A stretch of 39,900 nucleotides of DNA, from positions 1 to 39,900 of the forward strand of contig CAWUVR010000056.1 in NCBI GenBank assembly GCA_963925905.1. The letters are read 5' to 3'. This document shows, piece by piece, positions 30,988 to 39,900 of the stretch (the stretch's first letter is position 1; each line of letters starts with the position of its first letter). The stretch comes from an uncultured Pelagibacteraceae bacterium. Lineage in GTDB: Bacteria; Pseudomonadota; Alphaproteobacteria; Pelagibacterales; Pelagibacteraceae. Made by a program: the position numbers and the translations under genes. The notes below the pieces were generated by a model, which made no database searches, had not been told where the DNA came from, and worked only from the letters and a program-made list of their open reading frames with translations.

Positions 30988-31464
30988 CTAGATATATTTT
31001 ATATCCATAATTTCAAAACTCTTTTCACCAGATGGAGTTTCTATAGTTACAAAGTCATCTTTTTGCTTTCCTATAAATCCTCGTCCTAGGGGAGACTTGA
31101 AGTAGATTAAACCATTTTTAACATCAGACTCATCTCTGCCTACTATTTTGTAGGTAGTTTTTTTTTCATTTTCTAAATCTTTGACGACTATTGTGCTTGC
31201 AAAAATTACTCTGTTATCAGCTTTTATTTTTGTAATATCTATAACTTCTGCCATTGCTATCGAAGTTTCTAGTTCTTGAATTCGTTTCTCGTTAAGGCCT
31301 TGCTCTTCTTTTGCAGCATGATACTCCGCATTTTCCTTTAGGTCGCCATGTGATCGTGCTTCTGAAATAGCAGCCACAATTTTAGCCCTGGTAACGTGTT
31401 TTCGCTCATCAAGCTCAGCTTTGATTTTTTCAAGACCTTGAATTGTAATTGGTTCTTTTTCCAT
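30988..31464 (-). CDS. greA: Transcription elongation factor GreA
   Basis: ARSHGDLKENAEYHAAKE, SPLGR. Confidence 0.96.
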   Translation of the reverse strand: MEKEPITIQGLEKIKAELDERKHVTRAKIVAAISEARSHGDLKENAEYHAAKEEQGLNEKRIQELETSIAMAEVIDITKIKADNRVIFASTIVVKDLENEKKTTYKIVGRDESDVKNGLIYFKSPLGRGFIGKQKDDFVTIETPSGEKSFEIMDIKYI

Positions 31465-31476
31465 TGAGTTTAATTA

Positions 31477-32325
31477 TTACCACGATGCCAAAGGGGGTAA
31501 AGACATAAATATCGCCTCAATGTTTCCACCGGTAGCTAGACCAAATTTAGTCCCACGATCAAAAAGCAAATTAAACTCTGCGTATCTAGCTCTTTTAATT
31601 AATTGTTGTTTTTTTTCTTTGTCACTCCATTTTTGATTTATCTTTTTTTCAATAATGGTCTTGGCAATTTTTAAAAAAACAAGCCCAACATCTTTTGTAT
31701 AGGAAAAATCTTTCTCCCAGTCACCTGTATTTAAGTAGTCGTAAAAAATTCCACCATCACCTCTAGGCTCATTTCTGTGGGGCAAGAAAAAATATTTATC
31801 GCAATTTAATTTGTGCTTTTTATAATAATTTTTACTATGAAGATCGCATGTCTTTTTTAATTCTCGATGAAAATATTTTTTCTGTTTGATATCTGCAATG
31901 CATGGAGTTACATCCATGCCGCCACCAAACCATTCTTTAGCGGTCACAATGAATCGGGTATTAAAATGAAGGGATGGAATTTTTGGGTTTTGAAAATGAG
32001 CAACCAATGAAATACCTGCTGCCCAAAATTTGGAACTTTTTTCAGTACCTGGAATTTTCTTTTTGAAGTTGTTGTCAAAAGAACCGCTCACCACTGAAAT
32101 ATTCACTCCAACTTTTTCAAATATCTTTCCATCTCTGAGCATAGAAATTTCACCACCACCCTCAGATTTAATTTTTGATTTTTTCCATTTTTTTCTGGTA
32201 AATTTTATTTTTTTTCTTGAATAGTTATTTTCTATGTTTTCAAACTCCAGACAAATTTTGTCTCTTAAATTCCGAAACCAATCTGTCGTTAATTTTTTTT
32301 TTAAAATATTATATTTCTTATTCAT
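31477..32325 (-). CDS. hemF: Oxygen-dependent coproporphyrinogen III oxidase
   Basis: EKVGVN, HFNTR, WFGGGMD, HRNEPRG.GGIFYD, RYAEFNLLFDRGTKFG. Confidence 0.95.
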   Translation of the reverse strand: MNKKYNILKKKLTTDWFRNLRDKICLEFENIENNYSRKKIKFTRKKWKKSKIKSEGGGEISMLRDGKIFEKVGVNISVVSGSFDNNFKKKIPGTEKSSKFWAAGISLVAHFQNPKIPSLHFNTRFIVTAKEWFGGGMDVTPCIADIKQKKYFHRELKKTCDLHSKNYYKKHKLNCDKYFFLPHRNEPRGDGGIFYDYLNTGDWEKDFSYTKDVGLVFLKIAKTIIEKKINQKWSDKEKKQQLIKRARYAEFNLLFDRGTKFGLATGGNIEAIFMSLPPLASW

Positions 32326-32768
32326 AAATTAATTTGTCTTAATGCTTCAGAGGAAACTATAGCCACAGAGGAGGCTATATTCAAAGATCTCACATTTTTA
32401 TTCATAGGTATGGTCAATCTATCTTTTATGTTTTTATGCACAACATCAGGAACTCCCGCACTTTCTTTACCAAATATCAGAGTGTCATTTTTGTGGTATG
32501 TAAATTTGGTGTAATTGTTTTCCGATTTTGTAGTTAACAAAATTAATCTCGATTCCTTTTTTTCCAATAAAAAATCTCCATATGATTCGAAAAATTTTAG
32601 TCTGCAATTATCTAGATAGTCTAAATAAATCCTATCTAGCTTTTTTTTATCAAAGAAATACCCGCATGGTTTAATAATTTCCAAACCAATTCCCAGACAT
32701 GAGCATATTCTTATTATAGCGGCTGTATTTTGTGGTATATCTGGTTGATAAAGGGCAATATTAATCAT
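32322..32768 (-). CDS. trmL: tRNA (cytidine/uridine-34 2'-O)-methyltransferase
   Basis: LYQPDIPQNT, FGKESAGVP, IPM..VRSLN. Confidence 0.9.
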   Translation of the reverse strand: MINIALYQPDIPQNTAAIIRICSCLGIGLEIIKPCGYFFDKKKLDRIYLDYLDNCRLKFFESYGDFLLEKKESRLILLTTKSENNYTKFTYHKNDTLIFGKESAGVPDVVHKNIKDRLTIPMNKNVRSLNIASSVAIVSSEALRQINL

Positions 32769-32780
32769 TTTTAAACATTA

Positions 32781-32797
32781 TGCGTCATCGTGGCTAT
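32781..32797. promoter_or_regulatory. Putative RegA/PrrA/ActR-type binding site upstream of petABC
   Basis: TGCGTCA-TCG-TGGCTAT is a GC-rich patch in an AT-rich gap. It ends 23 nt before TATATA (32821-32826), the same spacing as at coxB. Confidence 0.5.
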
Positions 32798-32848
32798 AGA
32801 ACTATATTATTAATTTTTCATATATACATGAAACTTTCTAAATAAAAA

Positions 32849-33367
32849 ATGAGCGAAAACAAAAAAGACAAGTCTACACGAAGAGATTTTTTAACAACGG
32901 TGACGGCCACAGTTGGTGCAGTTGGCGTTGGAGCTGGCGTATTACCTATTATAACTCATATGAATCCAGATTCTTCAGTTAAGGCTTTAGCCTCTATTGA
33001 AGTGGATATTTCAAAAATCAAAGAAGGGCAGGAGATGACTGTGCTTTGGAGAGGAAAACCAGTTTTTATAAAAAGAAGAACAAAAGAAGAGATTTCAAAA
33101 GCACAACAAGTAAATATGAAGGATTTAATAGATCCTGAGGAAGATAAAAAAAGAGTTAAAAAAGAAGAGTGGTTAGTTGTTGTCGGTGTCTGCACCCACC
33201 TTGGATGCGTACCTATAGCAGGAAAAGGAGATTTTAATGGTTGGTTTTGTCCTTGTCATGGATCACATTATGATACCTCTGGAAGAATTAGAAAAGGACC
33301 AGCGCCAACAAATTTAGAAGTTCCACAGTATGACTTTGTTGGAAGTGACAAAATTAAAATAGGATAA
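32849..33367 (+). CDS. petA: Ubiquinol-cytochrome c reductase Rieske subunit
   Basis: Tat signal TRRDFL, CTHLGC, CPCHGS. Confidence 0.97.
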   Translation: MSENKKDKSTRRDFLTTVTATVGAVGVGAGVLPIITHMNPDSSVKALASIEVDISKIKEGQEMTVLWRGKPVFIKRRTKEEISKAQQVNMKDLIDPEEDKKRVKKEEWLVVVGVCTHLGCVPIAGKGDFNGWFCPCHGSHYDTSGRIRKGPAPTNLEVPQYDFVGSDKIKIG

Positions 33368-33377
33368 AATATTTATA

Positions 33378-34688
33378 ATGAGCGACGATACTTCAAAATC
33401 TAAAGAAAGCTTTGAGCCAGTTCACACTAATAAAATGGGCGGATCTCCTTTTACCGGGGTAGCGGGCTGGATAGACGATAGACTTCCTATTATTCGAATG
33501 TTTAAGCATGAGTATTTGGATTTTCAAGTTCCAAGATCTCTAAGTTACTTCTGGAGCTTCGGAGGAATACTTACTATTTGTTTAATTCTTTTGATTATTA
33601 CAGGGCTAAGTTTAGGTATGCATTATAAGCCTGATGCAAAATACGCGTTTGAATCAGTTGAGAAGATTATGCGTGATGTGAATTTCGGATGGTTAATTCG
33701 ATACGCGCACATGAATCTTTCATCTTTTTTCTTTATAGCTGTCTACCTTCACATCTTTAGAGGTCTGTATTATGGATCTTATAAAAATCCTCGAGAATTA
33801 ATGTGGTTAATAGGAATTGTTATATTTTTTTTAATGATGGCAACTGCCTTTCTTGGTTATACCCTTCCCTGGGGTCAGATGAGCTATTGGGGAGCAACAG
33901 TGATAACAAATCTTTTCTCGGCAATTCCTTTAGTTGGAGAATCTGTAGTCACATGGTTGTGGGGTGATTATGCTGTAGGAGACGCTGCTTTAAATCGTTT
34001 TTATGTATTACATTGGTTAATTGCATTTTTAATAGTTGGTGTAGTTGCATTTCATGTAATCGCCCTTCATATTGTGGGATCAAATAATCCATCAGGTATT
34101 GAGCCAAAAGATACCAGGGATACAGTTTCTTTTTCTCCATTTACAACAAGCAAAGATTTGGTTGCGATGTTGGTTTTCTTGTTAATATTTGTTGCAGTTA
34201 TGATGTACGCGCCAAATTATATGGGGCATCCTGATAACTACATACCAGCAAATCCAATGGTTACGCCTGCTCACATCGTTCCTGAGTGGTACTTCTTACC
34301 TTTCTACGCAATTTTAAGAAGCGTACCGGACAAGTTAATGGGAGTGGTAGCAATGGTAAGTAGCATTGCAGCACTTGGACTATTGCCTTGGTTAGATTTT
34401 AGCAAAGTAAGATCAAGTGTATTTAGACCTATATGGAAACAGTGTATTTTTTTATTTGTCCTAGATTTTTTTGTACTGATGTATATTGGGGGAGCCCCAG
34501 CAGAAGGAATATATTTAATTATAGGTAGAATAGGAACTGCTTTTTGGTTTGCCTTTTTCTTTATTCTGGCTCCTTTGGTGTCTCTTATAGAAAAACCATT
34601 ACCGATGCCACAAAGCATCCATGAGTTTGAAGAATGGAAAAAACAAGGAAAGCTAAAAACCATCAAACTATTTAATAAAAACAAATAA
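33378..34688 (+). CDS. petB: Cytochrome b
   Basis: GWLIRYAH, HIFRGLYYGSY, PWGQMSYW, PEWY. Confidence 0.97.
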   Translation: MSDDTSKSKESFEPVHTNKMGGSPFTGVAGWIDDRLPIIRMFKHEYLDFQVPRSLSYFWSFGGILTICLILLIITGLSLGMHYKPDAKYAFESVEKIMRDVNFGWLIRYAHMNLSSFFFIAVYLHIFRGLYYGSYKNPRELMWLIGIVIFFLMMATAFLGYTLPWGQMSYWGATVITNLFSAIPLVGESVVTWLWGDYAVGDAALNRFYVLHWLIAFLIVGVVAFHVIALHIVGSNNPSGIEPKDTRDTVSFSPFTTSKDLVAMLVFLLIFVAVMMYAPNYMGHPDNYIPANPMVTPAHIVPEWYFLPFYAILRSVPDKLMGVVAMVSSIAALGLLPWLDFSKVRSSVFRPIWKQCIFLFVLDFFVLMYIGGAPAEGIYLIIGRIGTAFWFAFFFILAPLVSLIEKPLPMPQSIHEFEEWKKQGKLKTIKLFNKNK

Positions 34689-34692
34689 GATT

Positions 34693-35487
34693 ATGAAATT
34701 TTCAGTTATAAAAAAATACTCTGTTTTGTTCATTTTTGCATTCAGTTTCTTTTCTCACTCTTCTTTCGCAAAAGAAAGCCATGTAGAGCTTTTGAAACCA
34801 AAATGGACTTTTGATGGGTTTTTTGGAAAATTTGATAGAGCCTCTTTGCAAAGAGGTTACCAAGTTTACACAGAAGTGTGCGCTTCATGTCATTCAATGA
34901 GTCTTTTAAGTTATAGAAATTTAGGGGAGCCAGGTGGTCCAGAATTTACAGAGGCAGAAGTTAAAGCAATAGCTTCTAAGATCGAAGTGCAAGATGGTCC
35001 TAATTCCGAAGGAGAAATTTTTGTTAGACCTGGAAAACCGTCTGACAGGTTTAAAAAACCATATCCCAATGAAAATGCTTCGAGAACTGCGAATGGAGGT
35101 GCCTATCCACCAGATATGTCAGTGTTAGTTAAGGCTCGTCCTGGAGAATCTAATTATATTTATTCAGTATTGATGGGTTATGAAGAAAAAGTCCCAGAGC
35201 ATATCAAGTTGGAAGAAGGTGTTTATTATAATAAATATATGAGCGGTAATAAAATTAGAATGTCCAAACCACTAAGCGAAGGGACTGTAAGTTATACTGA
35301 TGGAACAAAATCTTCTCAAGAACAAATGGCCAAAGATGTTGTTCATTTTCTTACGTGGGCAGCAGAGCCTCATTTAGAAGCTAGAAAAAAAATAGGATTT
35401 AAAGCTGTTATTTACTTGTTAATCCTGACAATTTTAGTTTATTTTATTAAAAAGAAAATTTGGTTACGTGTTGAACCTAAAGTGTAA
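34693..35487 (+). CDS. petC: Cytochrome c1
   Basis: LQRGYQVY, CASCH, PPDMS, FLTWAAEP, C-terminal TM. Confidence 0.96.
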   Translation: MKFSVIKKYSVLFIFAFSFFSHSSFAKESHVELLKPKWTFDGFFGKFDRASLQRGYQVYTEVCASCHSMSLLSYRNLGEPGGPEFTEAEVKAIASKIEVQDGPNSEGEIFVRPGKPSDRFKKPYPNENASRTANGGAYPPDMSVLVKARPGESNYIYSVLMGYEEKVPEHIKLEEGVYYNKYMSGNKIRMSKPLSEGTVSYTDGTKSSQEQMAKDVVHFLTWAAEPHLEARKKIGFKAVIYLLILTILVYFIKKKIWLRVEPKV

Positions 35488-36540
35488 AACATCACCGTCT
35501 TTTACCAAGTAGTCTTTGCCTTCAATCCTTAATTTTCCCTTGTCTCTAGCACCAGCCTCACCATTGCACTGTATAAAATCTTCATAGCCAATTGTTTCTG
35601 CTTTAATGAATCCTTTTTTGAAGTCAGTATGAATAACTTCAGCCGCATCAGGAGCCTTGCAGTTTGTTGGAATAGTCCATGCTCTTGTTTCTTCCGGTCC
35701 AGCAGTAAAATAGGTGCTTAAGTTAAGAGCTTTATAGCTTGATCTAATGACTCGGTCTAAACCAGTTTCAACAATGTTTAATTCTTTCATAAATTCTAAT
35801 GCTTCCGCATCTCCCAGCTCTGTAATTTGCTGTTCGATTTCTGCAGAAATATTAACAACTTCATCATCCTTAAAGTGTTCCTTAACTATTTTTGTGAACT
35901 GATTTCCACTAGCAATGCTTTCCTCGCCAGTGTTGCAAACAATAATTTTTGGTTTTAGAGTTAAAACAGAAGCGCTATTTATAATTTTTGGATCAAACTC
36001 ATTTCTTAAATAGTATGGATTTTTCCCTTCCTTTAAGCACTCGTAGCATTTTTCAATTAGCTTATTAAGATCTTCATTTTCAACAATATTTTTATTTTTT
36101 TTCCCTACTCTTTTTTCTAAAGATTCTAGGTCTGCTAACATCAGTTCTGTTTCAATGATTTCAAAATCTCTTACAGGGTCAACAGTTTTATTAACATTCT
36201 GAATTTCATCTGATTCAAAGCATCGCACAAGATGAACAATTGCGTCCACCTCCCTAATATGGGATAAAAATTTATTACCCAGACCTTCACCCTTCGAGGC
36301 TCCAGCCACCAAACCAGCTATATCCACAAAGGTAATTAAGGTAGGAATGATCTTTTTAGAACTGGCAATTTTACTAATCTTTTGAATTCTGGCATCTGGT
36401 ACCGCAACAACACCGATATTTGGCTCTATAGTGCAAAATGGAAAATTGGCAGCCTCAGCATTTTTAGATTTGGTTAAAGCATTAAACATGGTTGATTTTC
36501 CAACATTAGGGAGACCAACAATTCCAACCTTAAAGCCCAT
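35464..36540 (-). CDS. ychF: Redox-regulated ATPase YchF
   Basis: [44 protein letters not shown]. Confidence 0.97.
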   Translation of the reverse strand: MGFKVGIVGLPNVGKSTMFNALTKSKNAEAANFPFCTIEPNIGVVAVPDARIQKISKIASSKKIIPTLITFVDIAGLVAGASKGEGLGNKFLSHIREVDAIVHLVRCFESDEIQNVNKTVDPVRDFEIIETELMLADLESLEKRVGKKNKNIVENEDLNKLIEKCYECLKEGKNPYYLRNEFDPKIINSASVLTLKPKIIVCNTGEESIASGNQFTKIVKEHFKDDEVVNISAEIEQQITELGDAEALEFMKELNIVETGLDRVIRSSYKALNLSTYFTAGPEETRAWTIPTNCKAPDAAEVIHTDFKKGFIKAETIGYEDFIQCNGEAGARDKGKLRIEGKDYLVKDGDVLHFRFNT

Positions 36541-37097
36541 TAGATATTACTTTTGCTTGAAAAATTATCCAGATCTCTTTCTATTAAAAGATGAACATTG
36601 TCTAATATTTTTTGTATTGAGGTGTTGACCGTCTCTTCTTCTTCAATCGTAAAATCATTTAAAACGTGACTATCAACCAGCTCTTTTTCTCCAGGGTGCC
36701 CAATTCCTATTCTAATTCTATAAAAGTTTGCACCTACAGCATCTTCGATTGATTTAATTCCGTTGTGTCCACCACTAGATCCTCCAATTTTACATCTAAT
36801 TTTTCCAAGCTCTAAATCCAAGTCGTCATGAAATACAAAAACATTTTTGGGAACAATTTTGTAGTAATCTTGAATTTCACGAATGCATGTTCCAGAATTA
36901 TTCATAAAAGTTAAAGGCTTAACTAATATTAATTTTTGTTTATTTATTTCTCCATTAGTCAGCAATCCTTTGAATTTTGGTTTTTGCTTAGATAGATTGA
37001 ATCTTTTGTTAAGATTATCAATAATCATGAAGCCAATATTGTGGCGATTATTTTTGTGTTTGGGATCAGGGTTTCCTAAGCCAACAAATAAGAACAT
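36540..37097 (-). CDS. pth: Peptidyl-tRNA hydrolase
   Basis: GLGNP, RHNIGF, KPLTFMNNSG, HDDLD, GHNG. Confidence 0.96.
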   Translation of the reverse strand: MFLFVGLGNPDPKHKNNRHNIGFMIIDNLNKRFNLSKQKPKFKGLLTNGEINKQKLILVKPLTFMNNSGTCIREIQDYYKIVPKNVFVFHDDLDLELGKIRCKIGGSSGGHNGIKSIEDAVGANFYRIRIGIGHPGEKELVDSHVLNDFTIEEEETVNTSIQKILDNVHLLIERDLDNFSSKSNI

Positions 37098-37100
37098 GTA

Positions 37101-37814
37101 CTATTTCTTTTTATCAGCAGGAGCTTTGGCTTTTTCTTCTTGAGGTTTCTCGTCTTTTTTATCAGCAGCTCCATCTGCACTAGCAGCAGCACCCTCTGCG
37201 CCCTCAGCGACAGCTTCCGCAGCAGCTGGTTCAGGTTCTTTAACAACCGTAGGAGCGGCCACTGTTGCAATAGTAAAATCTCTATCTAAAATTGTCGGCT
37301 TGACATTTTCCGGCAATGCAATGGAGGAGATGTGAATACTTTCGTTAATTTGCTTCTCACCTAGATCAACAATTAATTCAGAAGGAATTTGATCTGCTGG
37401 ACAACTTAATTCTACTTTTCTTCGCACTATATTTAAAACTCCGCCCATTTTTAATCCTGGACAAATGTTTTCATTTATAAATTTCACTGGAATCCAAACA
37501 ATAACTTTTGTTCCAGCAGACATAGTTTGAAAATCTATATGAATAGGTTGATTGGTTAATTTATTAAAATCTATAGATCTCGGTAAAACTTTATAATCTT
37601 TTCCGTTTACCTTAATATCAATAACTTTGCTCATGAAATTTCCAGATTTTAAAAACTTTTCTAGAGAATTTTTTTTAACTGAAAGGTTTACATTCTTTTC
37701 TATATTGCCATACAGCACACCAGGTACAAAGCCGTCAGATCTTAACTTTTTTATTTCTGACTTAGTTTTGGTTTCTCGAATATTGACTTCCAGTGTGTTT
37801 AAATTTTTTTCCAT
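37101..37814 (-). CDS. rplY: 50S ribosomal protein L25/Ctc
   Basis: LR..G.VPGVLYG, HIDF, PGLKMGG, SIHISSI, Ala/Glu/Lys-rich tail. ATG at 37814 preferred over 37853. Confidence 0.93.
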   Translation of the reverse strand: MEKNLNTLEVNIRETKTKSEIKKLRSDGFVPGVLYGNIEKNVNLSVKKNSLEKFLKSGNFMSKVIDIKVNGKDYKVLPRSIDFNKLTNQPIHIDFQTMSAGTKVIVWIPVKFINENICPGLKMGGVLNIVRRKVELSCPADQIPSELIVDLGEKQINESIHISSIALPENVKPTILDRDFTIATVAAPTVVKEPEPAAAEAVAEGAEGAAASADGAADKKDEKPQEEKAKAPADKKK

Positions 37815-37883
37815 AAGAAAGAAGTTTGTATAGTACCGGAGGCACAAACTCAAGAATTGTTTATAAAAAAGAGTATTTTTTTA

Positions 37884-38813
37884 CTATTTAAATAACTTAG
37901 ATACTGACTTGGATTCTGATATTCTGTCCATAGCCTCTCCCAACAATGAAGCAACGCTTATAATCTTAATCTTAGAACCCTTAATTTTTGCAGTATTATC
38001 AATAGAATTTGTTACTACAAATTGTTTAATTTTTGATTTTTGTATTTTTGTTATCGCGTCACCACTTAAAACCGCATGAACCACATAGGCATAGACTTCC
38101 TTAGCTCCCTTGCTTATTAGGGCACTTGCCGCATTACATATTGTGCCACCACTATCAACTAAGTCATCTATTATTATACAGGTCTTTCCTTTTACCTGAC
38201 CAATAACATTCATAACCTCTGATTTTCCAGGTCCAGATCGTCTTTTGTCAATAATTGCAAGTTCCGCATTAAGCCTTTTTCCAATTGCCCTGGCTCTTTC
38301 AACGCCACCCACATCAGGAGCAACACAAACTAAATTTTTAGACTTAATATTTTTTTTGATATCTCTAACAAAAGTAGGTGCTGCAAAAAGATTATCAACA
38401 GGAATGTCAAAAAATCCTTGAATTTGATTTGCGTGCAAGTCTAGAGTGACAACTCTATTTGCCCCGGCATTTGTTATTAAGTTTGCAACAAGTTTTGCAC
38501 TAATAGGAGATCGAGGAGTAACTTTTCTATCTTGTCTCGCATACCCAAAATAGGGAAGTACAGCTGTAATATTTTTTGCCGAAGCTCTTCTCAAAGCGTC
38601 AATACAAACTAGCAGCTCCATTATATTGTCATTGGCAGGATAGGATGTCCCCTGTATTACAAACACTTCAGAACCTCTCATATTTTCGTTTATTTCGACA
38701 TACACTTCTGAGTCGGCAAATCTTCTGATGCTACTATTTACAATTTTGGTTTTAAGATACTTGGCAATTTCTTTGCTTAATTTGGGATTATTTGTGCCAG
38801 AAACTATTTTCAT
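37884..38813 (-). CDS. prs: Ribose-phosphate pyrophosphokinase
   Basis: [35 protein letters not shown]. Confidence 0.97.
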   Translation of the reverse strand: MKIVSGTNNPKLSKEIAKYLKTKIVNSSIRRFADSEVYVEINENMRGSEVFVIQGTSYPANDNIMELLVCIDALRRASAKNITAVLPYFGYARQDRKVTPRSPISAKLVANLITNAGANRVVTLDLHANQIQGFFDIPVDNLFAAPTFVRDIKKNIKSKNLVCVAPDVGGVERARAIGKRLNAELAIIDKRRSGPGKSEVMNVIGQVKGKTCIIIDDLVDSGGTICNAASALISKGAKEVYAYVVHAVLSGDAITKIQKSKIKQFVVTNSIDNTAKIKGSKIKIISVASLLGEAMDRISESKSVSKLFK

Positions 38814-38846
38814 TAATTTTTTTTATATACCTATTGCTCTATCTAT

Positions 38847-39620
38847 TCAATTGTATTTTGCAATCAAAGATAAATTTCTACCATAGTCCTTTTCAGACCT
38901 AACAACAGACCTTCGGTAACTATAGAAGGAAGATTCGTGAGAAAAAGTATCCCTGTTAATATGCGAAATGTTTGTTTTAAGAACTTTAGCCTTTAGAAGT
39001 TTTAATTTTATAAAGTATCTTAAATTAAAAAAAATTTTATTATTTTTTAATAAAAAACACTTTCCATACTTTGGGTTTTTGGACAAAAACTTATTATAAA
39101 AGTCAATTTTTACCTCATAGCTTTTTTGAGCTATGCAAGGACCTATACAAACCTTTAAGTCTTTGGTAGCTACCTTATTCTTTTTAAAAAGAGCTATGGC
39201 ATTTTCCACAATGTTTCCAAATGCACCTTTCCATCCAGCATGCACACAACATATATAGTTACTTTTTTTATCGACAAATAAAACTGGAGCACAATCAGCG
39301 GTAAGAATTCCAATGGAAACATTGCTAAGATTCGTAAAAATTCCATCACCAGAGCCAATCCTTGGCTGAATTGTATTTGTGGGCAATTTTTTCAGTACAA
39401 TAATTTTATTGCTGTGCTTTTGATTAACCAAAAATAAAAATTTGATAGAAATTTTTTTTTTAATTATCTCAAGATTTTGATAAACATTTTTTTTATTATC
39501 TTTCGATCCTAGTCCGCAGTTTAAAGAGCTATATATACCTTTTGACTTTCCTTTCTTTCTTGAAAAAAAAGCATGTGAAATATTTTTACTTTGAGAAAAA
39601 TTTTTTGACTTAAATATCAT
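38847..39620 (-). CDS. pgeF: PgeF/YfiH-family protein
   Basis: SLNCG, QKHS, TADCAP, HAGWKG, GPCI, YSYRR. Confidence 0.9.
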   Translation of the reverse strand: MIFKSKNFSQSKNISHAFFSRKKGKSKGIYSSLNCGLGSKDNKKNVYQNLEIIKKKISIKFLFLVNQKHSNKIIVLKKLPTNTIQPRIGSGDGIFTNLSNVSIGILTADCAPVLFVDKKSNYICCVHAGWKGAFGNIVENAIALFKKNKVATKDLKVCIGPCIAQKSYEVKIDFYNKFLSKNPKYGKCFLLKNNKIFFNLRYFIKLKLLKAKVLKTNISHINRDTFSHESSFYSYRRSVVRSEKDYGRNLSLIAKYN

Positions 39621-39900
39621 AGTTTAAATCTTTATTGTTTTCATTAGTTACTACCAAAACTTTAAATAAACTACCCATATGCAATGGATGGAGTAGTCTG
39701 GCCACCGAATTTCTCAAAGAATCTTGCCGTTTTTTATTTAAATTTTTAGCAGCTTGTGTAAACCGTTCTCGAATCCCCAATTTTTGCAAAAATTCAGACT
39801 GAGTAGTGAAATCTACAATATGCAATTTGTTTTTTTTAAACAATTCAATTAAATGAAAGAAATTAACTTGGTAGGTGATGTCGCTATCTCCAACATTGTC
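39610..39900 (-). CDS. MidA/NDUFAF7-family SAM-dependent methyltransferase, C-terminal part
   Basis: The frame is open to the window edge: DNVGDSDITYQVNF..TQSEFLQKLGIRER..RLLHPLHMGSLFKVL. Conserved position upstream of pgeF. Confidence 0.85.
   Translation of the reverse strand, partial: DNVGDSDITYQVNFFHLIELFKKNKLHIVDFTTQSEFLQKLGIRERFTQAAKNLNKKRQDSLRNSVARLLHPLHMGSLFKVLVVTNENNKDLNYDI

Noticed and set aside
37101-37260. GC-richer GCA/GCT repeat-like stretch
   Set aside because: It encodes the ordinary Ala/Glu/Lys low-complexity tail of L25/Ctc.

Overview
This is a very AT-rich (roughly 30% GC by eye) and extremely compact alphaproteobacterial core-genome segment. Gene content, order and streamlining point to Pelagibacterales (SAR11-like), which is an inference. 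In order it holds: partial ubiA, a type II haloacid dehalogenase, rsmE and tldD; the aa3 oxidase operon (coxB-coxA-ctaB-small coxF-like ORF-ctaG-coxC-SURF1-thrC); a retinal-biosynthesis block (crtI-crtB-crtY-blh) running into ispH-thrB-rnhA; a tandem CDGSH protein; the F0 ATP synthase genes behind dciA-dsbA-smc; mutY, a flavin monooxygenase, ccrM, rnhB and a degenerate family-4 UDG; TPR-ispE-tRNA-Gln-short CCA enzyme; greA, hemF, trmL; petABC; and ychF-pth-rplY-prs-pgeF with a partial MidA-type methyltransferase. I saw no mobile element, CRISPR array or accessory island. Best leads: (1) an 881-aa SMC with intact ATPase heads but no recognisable hinge or zinc hook; (2) RegA/ActR-like boxes at identical spacing from candidate -10 elements upstream of both the cox and pet operons; (3) a tail-less 258-aa CCA-type nucleotidyltransferase 10 nt after tRNA-Gln; (4) an uncalled 37-aa CoxF-like membrane peptide; (5) eroded repair enzymes (UDG, MutY); (6) back-to-back leaderless promoters and convergent junctions with no terminators. 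All family calls come from motif recognition, not database searches.
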